Assembly (NCBI RefSeq): GCF_964204645.1
Contig: NC_134029.1
Location: 12,798,850-12,862,849 of the forward strand
Source of the DNA: Tubulanus polymorphus
Lineage: Eukaryota > Animalia > Nemertea
DNA: 64,000 nt
Reading direction: 5' to 3'
The notes beneath the pieces were generated by a model. That model had not been told where the DNA came from, did not search any database, and saw only the letters and a list, made by a program, of their open reading frames with translations. The translations under genes were made by a program, and so were the position numbers. Below are positions 37,480 through 51,594 of this stretch, piece after piece (the first letter of the stretch is position 1; the number at the start of each line of letters is the position of its first letter).

Positions 37480-40400
37480 GAGTTAATTGGAGGGCCTAAC
37501 GAGATTAGCGCTCAAATAAATGGTCGTGAATGTAGAGTCCTGATCGACACAGGTTCGATGGTCTCAACCATCTCGGAAGACTTTCTACAAACTCTCCAAG
37601 ATGGTGAGGTGTATCCTTTGTCCGACATCGAACCCAAGTTTCAGGTGCACATGGTAAGTTGAAAGGTGTTACCGTTTAAGGGTAAATTTACTTGGGTAAA
37701 TTTAAAATGTGAAGGTGATGATTTGGATATTTTGGCTCTAGTTGTACCGTCAACAATTTATCACCGAGAAGTACCCGTTTTGGTTGGAACCAATGTCTTA
37801 CGTCGGCTCAAAACTCCATCGTTTGTTACCCAGCTAGCAATGGAAGCCCCTCTCGTCCGAACGACGCAAACTTTATGCGTCCACGCTAATTCGGAGGTTA
37901 CCGTGCATGGGCAAGTCCGAACTGCTTGTCGTGGTGGACTGATGATGGTAGATGGAAGCGTAGTTAACGTTCCTGGCAGTTTAAGTGTCATACCGACTGT
38001 TACCGAAGTACCGTCAGTCAAATGTTGCAGGATTTCGGTGCGACTTAGGAACAGTAGCGAGCGGGATATCACTATTCCTCATAGAGCAGTGATTTGTGGA
38101 GTGGTTCCGGTGACTGAAGTGGAGACCTCGGACTCTGAAGAGGATGTGAAAGTCGAAGTGGAGTCTGGAAAACATTCGTGGGTGTCTGACGAAGAGTTTA
38201 TAGCGGGTGTCAACTTGGCGGGAGCAAAAACAGAGGAAGAAAAGGAAATGCTCCGGGAATTGCTTGTAAAATGGAAGCATGTTTTCGCCGCAAATGACCT
38301 GGACTTGGGTACGGCGAGACTGGCCGAGCACACCATCCATCTTACAGATGAAGAACCAGTAAACCTTCGGTACCGTCGTGTTCCTCCTGGGATGGTGGAG
38401 GAAGTACGCCAGCACCTACGAATGATGTTGGATGCCGGAATAATCCGTTCATCCAGCAGTCCCTATTCCAGTCCGGTCGTGTTAGTACGGAAGAAGAACG
38501 GGGAATTAAGGTTCTGCGTTGACTACCGGGATTTGAATCGAAAAACCGTTCCCGACCGTTATAGTCTGCCCAGGATTGACGAGGTTTTGAATAATTTGGC
38601 CGAATGTGATCGTTTTAGTGTGATCGATCTTAAGTCTGGATACTGGCAGTTGAAGATGGCGGTTTCTTCGAATTCAACAAGATGCCTTTTGGCTTAACAG
38701 GGGCCCCGGCATCTTTTCAGCGACTGATGGAAAGGACCCTCGGAGATTTAAACTTGAAAACCTGTTTAGTATACATTGATGATGTAATTGTATTTTCCAA
38801 AGGTGCTAAACAGCATATGGAACGTCTGGAGGAAGTATTCGAGCGTCTAGAGAAGGCCGGGCTGAAAGCTAAACTGAGTAAGTGTGTTTTTTTACAGGAC
38901 GAGGTATCTTATCTTGGGCACCGCATATCCAAGCGAGGCATTGAGGCCTACCCCGCCAAGATAGCAACCGTCCGGGATTGGAAGCCACCTGAGACCGTAT
39001 GACTATCTGTATGGGCAGCGTTGCGTAGTTGAAACAGACAACAACCCACTCACCTACGTCTTGAGAACCGCAAAGTTAGACACAGTAGGGCATCGTTGGT
39101 TACAGGCGTTATCGGTGTATGATTTGGAGCAAAATTATACGCCTGGGAAATCCATGGGAGATGCAGATGCTTTGAGTAGGAAGATAAACCGCGAGGTAAT
39201 TGTAGCCATGGCTTCATCTACGCATACAGCCACAGTTCCTTTGAACGTCACCGAAGGAAGTGTTACGGACGTTTTCAGTGAGCTCCCTAAACTCAGGCTA
39301 GCTGAACTACAGGACCAGGATCCGGTGATCACGAGACTCAAGCGACTCATCGTCGGAAAAAACCATTCCGTCCAATGGATCGCGCCGAACAAAGATACCG
39401 GAAATATTTTCCGTCGCTCATAATTGAGGAAGGTTTGCTTGTGAGAAAGAAAACTGTGGATGGTTTCGGAGTTACTCAAGTGCTGGTACCGGTGGAGGAG
39501 AGCGGGAATATTCTTCATTGGACCCACGATGCACTTGGACACGTTGCTCGAGATAAGACATGGAAGGCGGTAAGTTCACGTTTTCTTTGGCCAGGAATGT
39601 TTACGGATGTGGAAAGATATCTGGGGAGTTGTAGAAGATGTGTTGTGCAGAAGGCCAGAGATCCCCGTGCACCTCTCGAGTCAATCCTCTCAAGTGAACC
39701 TCTTGAGTTACTATGTATGGACTACCTGAAAATCGACCCATCTCAAGGGTATGAAAATCTCCTCATTCTCACTGATCATTTCTCGAAATACTCCGTTGTA
39801 ATACCTACGAAGAATCAGTTAGCTCAGACAGCAGCGCGGGCGATATACGACAACTTCATTGTGCGGTATGGGATTCCAAAAACCCTCCATAGCGATCAGG
39901 GACGGAATTTTGAAGGAAAAGTGGTGAGCGAACTATGTGAAATTCTTGGAATCGTGAAAAGTCGTACGACGCCATATCATCCGCAAGGGAATGGTTGTGT
40001 GGAACGTATGAATGGAGTACTTTTGTCACGATTGAGGCTATTAGATCCTACTCACAGAGCAAAATGGAAGAACCATCTCAATACAGTAGTCTGGCAGTAT
40101 AACTGCACTCCTCATTCCACGACTCAATATTCTCCTTATACTTTGATTTTCGGTAGGGAACCTGTCCTGCCGGTTGATCACGTGTACGGTTTGGATGTTT
40201 TGACCTGTCGAACAAAATTTGGGGAAGATCTTCAAAGGGAAATTCAAGAGACATGGCAGACTGCTTGTGGACACATAGAAAAGCATGGGGAAAGAACCGG
40301 GTGGTATTACGACAAGAAGGTCACCGGAAGACCAGTCTCCGTTGGAGATTTAGTGCTAGTTCGGAATATGGGACCTCAGGCGATGGGTAAGCTGGCTGAC

Positions 40401-40925
40401 AAATGGCGCGACGAAGAGTATTGCGTGGAGGCCCAACCTAACGAAGATTTCCCGGTGTACATTGTGAAAAGTCTGTTGACCGGAAAGCGCAGGACGCTTC
40501 ATCGAAACCTATTGCATCCGCTGGCTTATCCATTACGGGATGAAGCTCAACAGGAACCAACTGTAAGGCGACAGGAAAAAGAAAAAACAAACCGTTTTAT
40601 TGGAGACGTCGACGATACATTAAAAGATGTGGAGGTAGAGGTATCTGTTCCCATTCACACTTCAGAGAAGATTTCTGTCGGTGATGGGGAAGTTGAAGTT
40701 TTACTGACGGCATCCGTGGCAACGGAACAAAATCGCACTTCAGTCACCCTCGGATCTGAGGAGCACGATGAAGGGGAGATCGTCCCGGAATCCGATGGCG
40801 AGGTAAGTATAGACGTCGAGGACAATCGGGAAGTTGAAATGGACGCAGAGGAATCAGAATCTAAACCGCCTACTCCTCCTCGCCGTTCTGGAAGAGAGCG
40901 CCGGATGCCCGCTACGGTTTACTAG
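37480..40925 (+). pseudogene. pol: Gypsy pol (PR-RT-RH-IN), disrupted
   Basis: LIDTGS protease; PVVLVRKKNGELRFCVDYRDLN; MPFGL; YIDD; TDNNPL; HHCC; D-D-E integrase (LCMD, HSDQG, VERMN). Deletions at ~38660 and ~39000. Confidence 0.95.
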
Positions 40926-42660
40926 CAGTGATTATGTGGTATGCGGGGGTACAGAATAAGGAACCTCAACTTGAGATCATGCAAGATTGGGAGGAACGTG
41001 CTGAATTATTGATGCGGGTCGCAAAGGACGAATCGATCGCTGCAAATCCCTTAATACTCGCGTCTTTGATAAGTCTGATAAATAAGTCGCCTGATTAATA
41101 CATTCAGTTTTGCTTTGTTTTAACCAACATGTGCTTGTATTTTTACGGTACGCGGACGTACAATCAACAAATATGAATTTATTTGACCAGGCATTTATTT
41201 TGGCATTCAAACATCATGATACTGTATTATCACCATGCTTAAAAATGGTTCTGTCCTGTAAAGAACTCATCTTAAGCACCTGCTGAGTCAATAGATTGAG
41301 TGAATTTACAGATAAGAACGTATTATGATTTGGAATAGATTTAAGAAGTTAAATCTTTTTATTGAAATATTTGAATAAATACATATATTGTAGTGTAGAT
41401 TCAATCAATAAATTATGAATTGATTAGGTCTGGGTTTCCGGCTGATGTTGATTTTGGCTTTTATGGATTACAAATTCTATAGTGACAAACAATTTATACC
41501 TGCAACATGTGTGTAAATCAAACCTATTCCACTAGTTGCGTGTGTTTCCTAATAAACGGGAGAGTCACTCTTGATCTGAGTTATTAGAAAAATGTTCATT
41601 TAGTTATAGAAATTCATTGCCTTTTTGAAAATTCTATAATAATATTTGTTCTTTCCTAATTTTTATTACTGTATGAACCAATGATACGCTTTGTAAATAT
41701 GATGTAATAAAATAAATTCGAATTTGAATTAAATTTGAATATGAGAATCGCGCATAACTTGTGTTTTTTCAACTTGTCTCTTGTTAACAGTTCCAGAGTT
41801 TCAATTACAATCAAATCCAAATTGGCTGAAAAGTACATAGGACTAAATGAAATGAACTGTTAGTCACTGCAAACCTTTTCCAGTGTTATGTCGATCGTGT
41901 TGAATCACTTTGCTTGAGTTGAAAGAATCAGATCTTCTATGGTGCAACATAGGTCGAAGAGAGATATCTTGGTGTTGACTGTCCTTGACCAATTACCTTC
42001 ATGTGTTTATTTGTACATTGGAATCAGCATCATAACCATTTGAACTGCAAAATGTTCATACAACATGAAAACTTACAATACATGCATACAGTAATCAAAC
42101 TTTCACCGATGTTGGATATTTGAATGAACATTAGGCTTATTACAGTATTCTAAAGCAGGAAATAATAAGCCCAGTCAATAGGCCCTATTCCCATTAGTAC
42201 AACTGTATAATGCGCACAGCTGTACCGTACACTTATCAGTCAAGATTGGAGAAATCGGTATACCAAACCTTCGTACAGCAAAATGTACAGGCCTACAATA
42301 ATTTCTGGTATACAAGCCGTGACCACATGAACGTTTTGGATCTAGGTTTGACTATTAATGTCAGCAGGTCAGAGAAGGCCTGAGTAAAATTTAATCGCAT
42401 GGCTCAAATCAATTAGCCTTTCTGCGTGTGAATACTTCACTGTATTGTTTTAAAAATAGGCCTATCGAGTGAATTAGTGCATAGACTGAATTAGACTTTA
42501 GGCTAGTCCTGACCAAATCCTATCCATGTTATAATGGCACCAGTTATAGTAACATCACTGTAGGGCCGACGAGAGGGAAAAAGTTGTGTTTGTAGTACAC
42601 TGTAGGCTTATTGTGCATGGTAGGCTTATCGTACTCACTTAATACTTAAAACGCTGTTGG

Positions 42661-42977
42661 TACCTGTACGTGACTGTACGGTGATTTCTACAGGTTAGCC
42701 GTATGTGAGTACGTTGACGCTCAGACTTGCAATATTGGGATTCGAAACCAAACGAAAATGAAATCCAGTAGTAGTCCAGTGATTTACCCACTGTGCCACA
42801 GAACGTAACTGCAGGGTGGATGAAATTTGATTTACAAATAGCCTAGCCTCACTTAACCCAAACTCTATTCTTTCACGCATGCGCGTTTGCAGATTATAGG
42901 AACTCACGTATGGCGTTTGTAGGGAACTCACGTACGGTTAACCTGTGGATATCACCGTACAGTCACGTACAGGTAAC
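42661..42977. repeat. Inverted-repeat element; right arm duplicated at ~43035-43085
   Basis: tacctgtacgtgactgtacggtgat ... atcaccgtacagtcacgtacaggta. Confidence 0.75.
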
Positions 42978-43867
42978 ATCTTTGTACTTAAAATGGTATT
43001 GGCTACTAGGAACTCACGTACAGCGTTAGTAGGGAACTCACGTGCGGTTAACCTGTGAAGATCACTGTACAGTCACGTACGGGTAAAAACTACGTACTTA
43101 AAATGGTATTGGCTACTATATAATAGGCCTGTAGACAAATAAATATCGGTAGGCATTCTTAGCTTCCACACTTCATAACCGAACCAACTGACCAACCAGT
43201 ATATTTTAGTCCCAGTCGAACCTACCAGCACAGGCCTAACACTGTTTGTCAACTGTGTGTACCGTAGTAGGCTATCGATAATCACCTGATACTTTTCTGT
43301 CGTTGGTTTTCTCTCTGAGACGTAATTCTAGTAGCTACCTGCGACTCAACGACCTTGATTTAAACTTGATCAATTCAAAATTTATTTATTGAGGCTTTTG
43401 GTTACATGAACTGATAAGCAATATACTTAAATGAAATAACCGGAATAACAAGAAATCAATAATATAAGAGAGGTAACAAACAAATGCCCGTAAACCTGTC
43501 GGACTCGCGAACGCCGGGCTCGTATACTCTTTTACTCGGACCCGCTGAGCAATAAATTCATAGAATTGACTTTGAAATTGATTGTGGAGAAGAGAGGGAA
43601 TAATTCGATAGCTCTTCCTCAAAAAGAAGAGAGAAATGTCAGAAGAAAACACAACACGGCTACTAATTGAACGGGGCCAAATTTCCGATGTTTACAGCTC
43701 GACAGTGCCTTTATAATGTGGATTTATCAAAATTCCCATGCAGTATCTGGAGATTGAAGTGAGCTGTATGATATCATACGGATTGTATCAGTAACAGCGG
43801 TAAGGCAAGGAAGCCTTTGCACTTTTAACAAAAACTGAGTTGAAAAGGGAAAAAGAAAAATAAATAG

Positions 43868-46800
43868 CCTATAGCTGCAAAGCAGCGATAATGGGTTTTC
43901 TGCACAAGTCTTAGAATCCTGTTCAACGGTGGATTTCTACGAAGCATTTGATAAGGCACAACATCAGCCATAACTAAAGAGGCTATTAGGAAACAGTATC
44001 GATGATAGGTCGCTCAAATGGCTCAGCAGTTATCTCTGAACGAAAACTTTTAGCCGAAATCAACGGAACGCCTCATCTTGGAATAAGTCAGTCTAACTAG
44101 TGGAGTCACGCAAGGTAGTATCTTAAGTCCTCTGCTGTTTAATGTCCTGACAAATGACAAACACAGTAATCCAAAAAATACCAGACCGAGTAAATTTCCA
44201 AAACGACCTTTACACGCTGTTCGACCAAAAAACTTAATGTTCCAACAAGAAAATCTTGTTCGAATGAAAACAATTCTTTTAACCAAAACTTTTCTTCATT
44301 CTGACAAAAAATGTGTTCGAATAAAAAGCAATGTTATTGTTGAAATGAAAAACTTTTTGTCCCGGCAAAAAAATTTGGTTGAGCGAAAACAATTTTTTTC
44401 GAGCGTATGTTTGAATGAAAACAATTCTGTTCGATTGAACGAAATACTTAATACTTTTGGTTCGGAAAAAAAACTTTTTACAATATACTTGTTCGAACGA
44501 AAAACTTAATGTTCTGACAAGAAAATTCGGTTCAAATTAAAACGATTCTGTACTGTTGTTCGAACGAAAAACCTTTCGTTTGGACAAAAAAAAGTTTGTT
44601 CAACTTTGTTCTAACGATTTACTCAAATTGGTTAAATCGAACAAAATATTATTAGTTCGAACGAAATACATTCTATTCCGAAAGAATCTTCAAGCGAAAG
44701 GTCTTTTGAACGAAAAAAAAAGATATTTCTGGGGCTCTGCAGTAACTTAAAGCCGGACGTAGGTCGACCTTGTGACGCGATGCGATCCTCGTGTTGCATC
44801 ACAAGTTTCGGTGCAAGTCGGTTGCCATACGATTGTCAGCGACTGTGTGCGACTAGTTTCTACCAGTCGCAAGAGCGCGTAGGTCGGTTGTGACAGTCGT
44901 GTCGTGTCGCAGAAAGTAGAACACGTGTGACTCCTTGTGACTGGCGTTGCTGACAGTCGCAGCCCATCGCAATGGAGCGTAGGTCGATGAGTCGTGACAA
45001 TCGTTGCTGGCGGTCGCAGTGAGTCAAAAGCCGTCGCATTAGGAATTAATGAAATACCAGTTTCATTTATGATGAAAAAACTCAAATGAAAAGTATGGCT
45101 TATAAAGCTGTCTGCTCAGAAAAAAATTTAAAAAAAAATCTTCATCTTTGCCAATTAAATTGATAATTGTGATTGATCGTTGCAAGCCAGAACCAGTTAA
45201 TCACTAATTAACATTCATTTTAATAAATCTGATTCCTCCTTTACAGTGAACTTAGCTTTAACCTAGTAGAGGCTACTAGCCTATGTATATGCGTAGGCCT
45301 AACATCCGGACAGATTGGTCGTGGGCCTATTGAATAACAACCCTCCTAAATATCGTAAATTTTGTTTTGAAGTTCAATCCAATGAGTCCGTTAATAAACG
45401 CAAGAACAGACCTGCCAACATTGAATTTTTCAAGATAGTATCATTTTTCAAATTTGCCAGTATTTTTTAGATTTTGCCAGTGACCCACTAGACTTGATAT
45501 GACCTTTGCCAGTAACATTTTCAATATGGCCAGTAACGAATTTTCGGATTAAAATCAGAATATAGAATATTAAAACTACTAGACTAAAGAAATTAATTTT
45601 TAAAAATGCATTTATTTTATTTTCTTTCACAATGACGTGAAATATCATTTAATCCATGTGAGATCACTATATCGATTTGACATATCGTACATCTTGCATG
45701 ATATTTTACTTAATTTCGATGCTATGAAACATGGATATTGTGCGCTGTACGATTTTTTATACTTCTGTTTCCGATATTTCTTAATCATACGTTTTCTACT
45801 GCCTGTTACCGCAGTATCAGTTTCAGATTCCGACTCCGAAGAAGACGGAGAAACCCTCCGAATTTTCCAGATTTGACAAAACGTCGTGAACTTCGTCCGC
45901 CATTTGCAACATTCATGACAATTTGAGCGATGAAAATTACTCGTTGTAACCGAAAATTCGCTAGACTGGTTCCCGGCTGTATGGAAACTTCGTGACAATT
46001 ACTCAAATAAAAACCAAATTTCCCCGTAATAAATGTTAATAAACCATTAAAATACCGATTATGTACTGCAAAATTACCTTTATTGACATAATATAAGGAG
46101 ATTTTTATTGAGGCCGTATTTATTTGCTCATTCCCGTAAAGAACGATATCGGAAAAAAGCGTATTCCATTGCCTGTGCCAGTAACGCCATATTACCGCGG
46201 GTAGCACCGGAACAGAATACGGCAAAAACGTAACGGTTGGCAGGTGTGCAAGAATTATACTGTGTTTGTTTGAGACAGTAGAGCTTAGTACTGGTAGGCC
46301 CAAAGGTTGCGTACAACTCGATAAACACTTCAAGAGACACAGCGAACGATCTCCTGTCCCCCGGCGAACGCCTACTCCGAATATCAAGCGTGAGTCCAAC
46401 TTACGGATAGGAGTGTGTTATACACTTGTATTTAGAAGATACCTTGTGCATTTGACAATGATCGGTATGTACTGTAGGAAAAATAGAGTATTGATAAATG
46501 GTTGAAGCCCGCAGCCGAATAAAGTAATAATTTCTTTTATTTTGATACCTTGTCGACACAACAGCTTTTCTCCGCTACATCTCTTCGGCGTGTTTAGTTT
46601 AGGCCTACGACTCCCCGGTACACCTATGACTTATCCTAGTACATACACGGTAAATTTGGCAAAGAAAAATAGATATTGTAAAACTAATTGTTTGAAGCCC
46701 GCGAGAAATCACTGGTAGTAATAAATTTATTTGTACTTGATTTGATTCTCATGGCGAGGAAAACTCGCAGCGGATCTGCGGAACGACGATGTATAGACAC

Positions 46801-47318
46801 ACGTTGATTCATCGATAGTTACAGCTCGACAGTGCTTGTAATATTGAGAGTAGTAAATATCATGTGGATCAGTTAAGTGTACCTATGAAGAAAAATAGGT
46901 AATTGTTAAAATAACCGTTTGAAGACCGCGACTGAATGTGAAGTCTTGCAGCAATAAATTTGTTTATCTATACTTGAATTGATAATCAGCCTGTGGATGA
47001 TTTCGGGATGACGACTCTAAAATCACATGTCGCCTCATTGAATGGGGCTCGATTTTCGATGTTTACAGCCCGACAGTGCTTTTGTAACGTTGATTCATCA
47101 AAATACGCACGGATTATTTGTAGATCGAAGTGAGCTGAAGGATATCAAACGGATTGTATCGGCAACAACGGTAATGTAAAAAAGCCTATGTACTTTTGAC
47201 AAAAAAAGTGGAAAAAAATAGTAATAATAATAATAAGAAACACACGAATCTGCGATGTAACAGAAAACCCTAATAATAATCACGCGAATTTCAATAGGGT
47301 TTTCTGTGAAGTAACAGA
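43868..47318 (-). mobile_element. Helentron-like element, copy C, with nested insertions
   Basis: Reverse complement of the copy A and B blocks, with both termini present. Confidence 0.65.
45407..46248. mobile_element. Non-autonomous DNA transposon with 6-bp TSD (hAT-like TIR)
   Basis: TIR cagacctgccaac / gttggcaggtgtg with perfect TSD caagaa (45401-45406 and 46249-46254). The empty site is visible in copies A and B. Confidence 0.85.
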
Positions 47319-47399
47319 ATTAGTTAGAATGAAAACTAGATTTTGATAATTACAGGCCCGTACTAACAGTTGCAGCACACTAACAGACTAGTTAATGTA

Positions 47400-48056
47400 A
47401 CGTATTTTCCGGTGTATTAGTCGAGTTTTTAAGACCAAAAATCATGTCCAAAAAAACGTAGATCGACTTATACACCGGCTACACTTTCGATATCGTTTTA
47501 AACTGAAGATGTTTAGAGTTCAAGGTCGCCATGATGAAATGGAATATCAATTTATGTTAGGCTACACTCATATACCAATTAGAATTTAGGATGCTGATAA
47601 AAATAGTTTCTTATAGTTGGAAATATTTCAAAATTAACTAATGTTAAAAATCAAAAGAGAAAGAAAACCGCGTATATTCATTGTACAGTGTTTATATAAG
47701 CCGCGATGCTGTGGCAGCGTGCCAATGATCAATACACAGTCAGTCTAATAATAGACTACAGGCGCGCGGCATTCAACGTATACACTATACATTCAACACG
47801 TGGATACAAACAATGAGCACTAATCCGGTAATTTAATATAAGAAACAACAGATCCCAATGATTTAATAATGCAGTTAGTGGTAAAGACTCTCAACTACTA
47901 TGAGAATGACATCGGCACTGTTTTCAATGTGACATATGTAAACACATGAAAAATCAACTCGACTTATACACCGACTATAGCCCTAGCACAACTTTTTAAA
48001 CTGAAAATTTGACCTCGACTTATACACCGGGTCGACATGTACACCGGAAAATACGG
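47400..48056. mobile_element. pogo/Tigger-type MITE
   Basis: TIR (a)cgtattttccggtgta / tacaccggaaaatacgg with TA flanks. Confidence 0.85.
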
Positions 48057-48348
48057 TAGTGAATACTGTACAGAATAATCCATGAGTTCAATGAAGCCAC
48101 GTGCTAGTGGTAATTATATTTCTACATTAGTTTACAGCTAACCTGTTTGTTCATTGCAGGTGTTCCATAACATTTCGTTATCAAAGTTTTGTCAATAGAA
48201 ATGAAGGGGCATGACCGGTTGAATTATAGGCCAAATTATAATTAAGGTTGTATAGAGTTAGGCCTTAGGCTCATTTTTAAATTCAAGATCATTTTGCAAA
48301 ATTGAACATACAACATGAATTGGCCAGAAAGTAAAAGATTGAAAAACG

Positions 48349-49250
48349 ATGATAGTTGGAGTTGCAGTTGTGAGAGATGACAAAAAAATCATCACCTATA
48401 GAGAACTGATTGGAACAATCCTGAGTACAAGATGTGGAACTATTGACTGGTTAATGGATCAAAAGTTGATTGGAGTTTCTCATCAATGTCCAGTTTGCAA
48501 TGGCGAAATGAAATTGTCATTGGTCGTCAGCAGAAAATCTGCGAGTGAAGGATGGCGATGGAGCTGCTGAAAACGTGTTGAGAGTGTGTTGCACCAACGG
48601 TTCAAGTCGCTTCGAGCAAACAATTGGTTTTTGAAATCTAATTGAACGATCGCAGAGATATTAGAAATAACGTATTGGTTATTGCACGGAGTCCAGCAGA
48701 CTGTCATACAGACTGAAATGGGCTTATCAAGCAAAACTATTGTCGACTGGGCTAGCTTTTTCCGTGAAGTTTTGCAAACTTGTTGTTTTTGACAATTGTA
48801 AAGCGATAAGGCGGACTGGGATCAATAGTGGAAATCGATGAAAGCAAGTTCGGAAAACGGAAATTCAACCGAGGCCGATGCGTAGATGGGCAATGGGTTT
48901 TCGGCGGCATTGAGAGAGAAATTTTTAAGAATGTGTTCATGGTCAGTGTCGATAAACTTGATAGCGATACAGATACCGATGATCGAAAAGTGGATACTAC
49001 CAGGAACAAAAATCATGAGCGATTGCTGGAAAGCGTATTCCAGCCTGAATCAACGCGGTTTCAAGCATTTGACCGTTAATCATAGTGTCACGTTTGTAGA
49101 TCTGGATACAAACGACTAATCTCATAGAGAATCAATGGCTAAATGCGAAGAAGAATTTCCCAAAGTATGGCACAGTGAAGATCCATTTCGATTCGTATCT
49201 TGGACATTACTTGTGGCAATGTCGTGTTGGGGATGATGATCCATTTCTTA
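48349..49250 (+). pseudogene. Merlin (IS1595/ISXO2-like) DDE transposase, disrupted
   Basis: CPVC..GWRWSC zinc ribbon; VEIDESKFGKRKFNRGR..GQWVFGGIER; IMSDCWKAY; HLTVNHS..FVD; IENQW. Confidence 0.92.
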
Positions 49251-49730
49251 AATTTACAATCAAATAAATGTACCATAAAAAGGTTGATTACAATGATGGA
49301 CTAGTAGGCCTATGTGTATGTGTTTTTAATTTGTAATTAAAATTTTCATTGAATTGTCGGTGATTGACTGTTAACCAAGTATTAAGATTATTTGATTTGT
49401 GGATAGTTGAAAATAAATAATGTAATTAATTTCTTTAGTTGTAAATAAATTCTATTTTTCACCTTCATATCTATTTCTGTAATCAAATGAATAATTGTGA
49501 ATAATTGTAAATATAAAAATTGACTTTTTATAGAAATGATTGTTTTTATAGAAATGAATGGTGGATTGTAAATAAAATGCGTCGCAACTTGTATTAGGCC
49601 TATATGTATTCTATTTCTTTTCATTTTTTGGAGGTCATAATTTCCAAAGTGCTGGATGAAGAATGAATTAAATCTAATTTCATTAAACATCCCCTGTTCT
49701 CCTTAGTCAGTCGTGTAGTTTCACTCATTG

Positions 49731-51594
49731 TAGGGATTTCAGGTTGAAAATTTCTATGTGTCCTATGTGTCATTCTAATAACTTAAAATGAAGAAGGGGA
49801 TAGTATAAGCATACAGAATCAAAATTGGTCTAGCGGTTCAAAAGTTATAAGCAATCGAAGGGTGGAAATTTTAGGTATCTTTGACATTCGATTGCGCAAT
49901 ACACTTTAGCCTAGTTCATTTCCAATGAAAGTATCGTACAGGAAGTGTTTAGGTTTTGCTGCTTTTTAGCCAGATAAAGGAATTAAATTCAACATTAAAA
50001 CCAATATAACTCCCAGAATTTGTATCCGTTTAAAACCAAACTTGGTCAGTATGTTGTCTATACAAAGTTTGTTTAGAATCATGAAAGTAATTGCACAAAT
50101 ACGCAAATTAGGCTAATTTAGGCCTACTGATTAATTAATTAATACCCACTACAATAACCATTAACACATAATACTATAGTTTATTTCTCAAGATAAATGA
50201 TACTTAAGACATGGAATATCAATTTTGAGATAATATACTGAAGATATCGTGCATCCGGGTGATACCGGTTACCACGGTTACCATAAGGTAAGTATCAAGG
50301 CGGTCATCTTGAATCTAAATAATGTTTAATGTATTTAGTTGATTCGATACGGCCTCATAGACCGTTATTATTTGAAATAACTAATCTTACTGGATAAGTT
50401 CAATGTTTTAAAGCCTTCTGAAATAAAAGATACTAATAATATCATTATATTTCAGATAGGCCTACTCACTTGCCGCAGAAGAATAGGATAAAGCGTTGAA
50501 GAGATCTTCTACATGGTTTTCCGAAATTAAATCAAATTGAAATGAATGGAAATGCCTTTGTTATTCTTTAGACCCTAACAGACTTACCCATGAAATATCT
50601 ATATCATGATATCTCAAATTGAGGCTCGAGGAATGGTGGCCATCTTGTTTTGCGTCGATATTTCACGGAAAGTCAATTTTAACAAAGTATGTCATGTTTG
50701 GTATCTAATTAAAGGTCTCCTTCTAGGCAAATCATTCGAATGAAAAAGAAAATTGATAATATAATCCTCTAGAATCTGTTTGACTAACCATTGGTTGGTG
50801 GGTATTTTTAGGCCTACCAGCAGCAGTTATTTAGCGAAAGGGTCAACTGGAATTGAATAACCATGAACAAATGAATGACAACTAACTGCTTTTCAGAGGG
50901 ATATCCTAGTATTCAAGATGAAATATCAAAATATGAAATGACTACTTTATTACCTAAAGGTGAAACAGATGGGAAAAATAAAATTTCTTTTTAGCAAAAA
51001 ATGAGCTAAAACTTTAGACAAAACTTGGATTCTTGTGCAAAGTTTTTAAATTGGGTAGGCCTTATCATTATTTGTCTTATATATTGCCGATTTCATAATA
51101 AAGTGGTGTTTTACTTGCTAAATTGATATTTAGAGTGGTAAAAATGAACCAGGAAGTGTTTTGATTGATCAGCTGGCAGCCGGTGTGGAGCCGGTAGTGA
51201 CTCAGATGTAAACAATTTGAAGCGCCTTTCTGACTTTAGGTCAAAATCCGCGAAAGACTACTAAATCAATCTTACAAGTAATAATTGAAAACAATATAGG
51301 CCTATATTGATTCGCATGCTTTTTTAACGCGTTTGAAAAATGCATGAACAAACATGGCCGCCATCTTGTTTCCTAGAAATGAGCCGACGCCCGCTGAACT
51401 ACGACTTATTTCACCGTAACTATGCAAGATACACTCATTTAATTTACAACACAACAAATAACCGGTAAATTGAGTATACTGAGCAAGTTTGGCTTTAACC
51501 GAATATAAAATACGGTTTTTATGAGCGATTGAAAATTTGAAGCATGGAAAACGCTAATTATGACACATTTTGATCACGTCACCTGAAATCCCTA
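49731..51594. mobile_element. Non-autonomous DNA transposon with TIR TAGGGATTTCAGG (Academ-like)
   Basis: 13-bp TIRs at both ends with flanks ttg/tag. The superfamily is inferred only from the TAG start and an apparent 3-bp TSD. Confidence 0.6.

Larger units (their letters stand above)
34567..41160 (+). mobile_element. Gypsy/Ty3 LTR retrotransposon with PNMA-like gag, internally deleted, no 3' LTR seen
   Basis: LTR-PBS-gag-PR-RT-RH-IN order. Confidence 0.95.

Noticed and set aside
41389-41400. tgtagtgt as the start of the Gypsy 3' LTR
   Set aside because: The match to the 5' LTR stops after about 8 bp and no polypurine tract precedes it.
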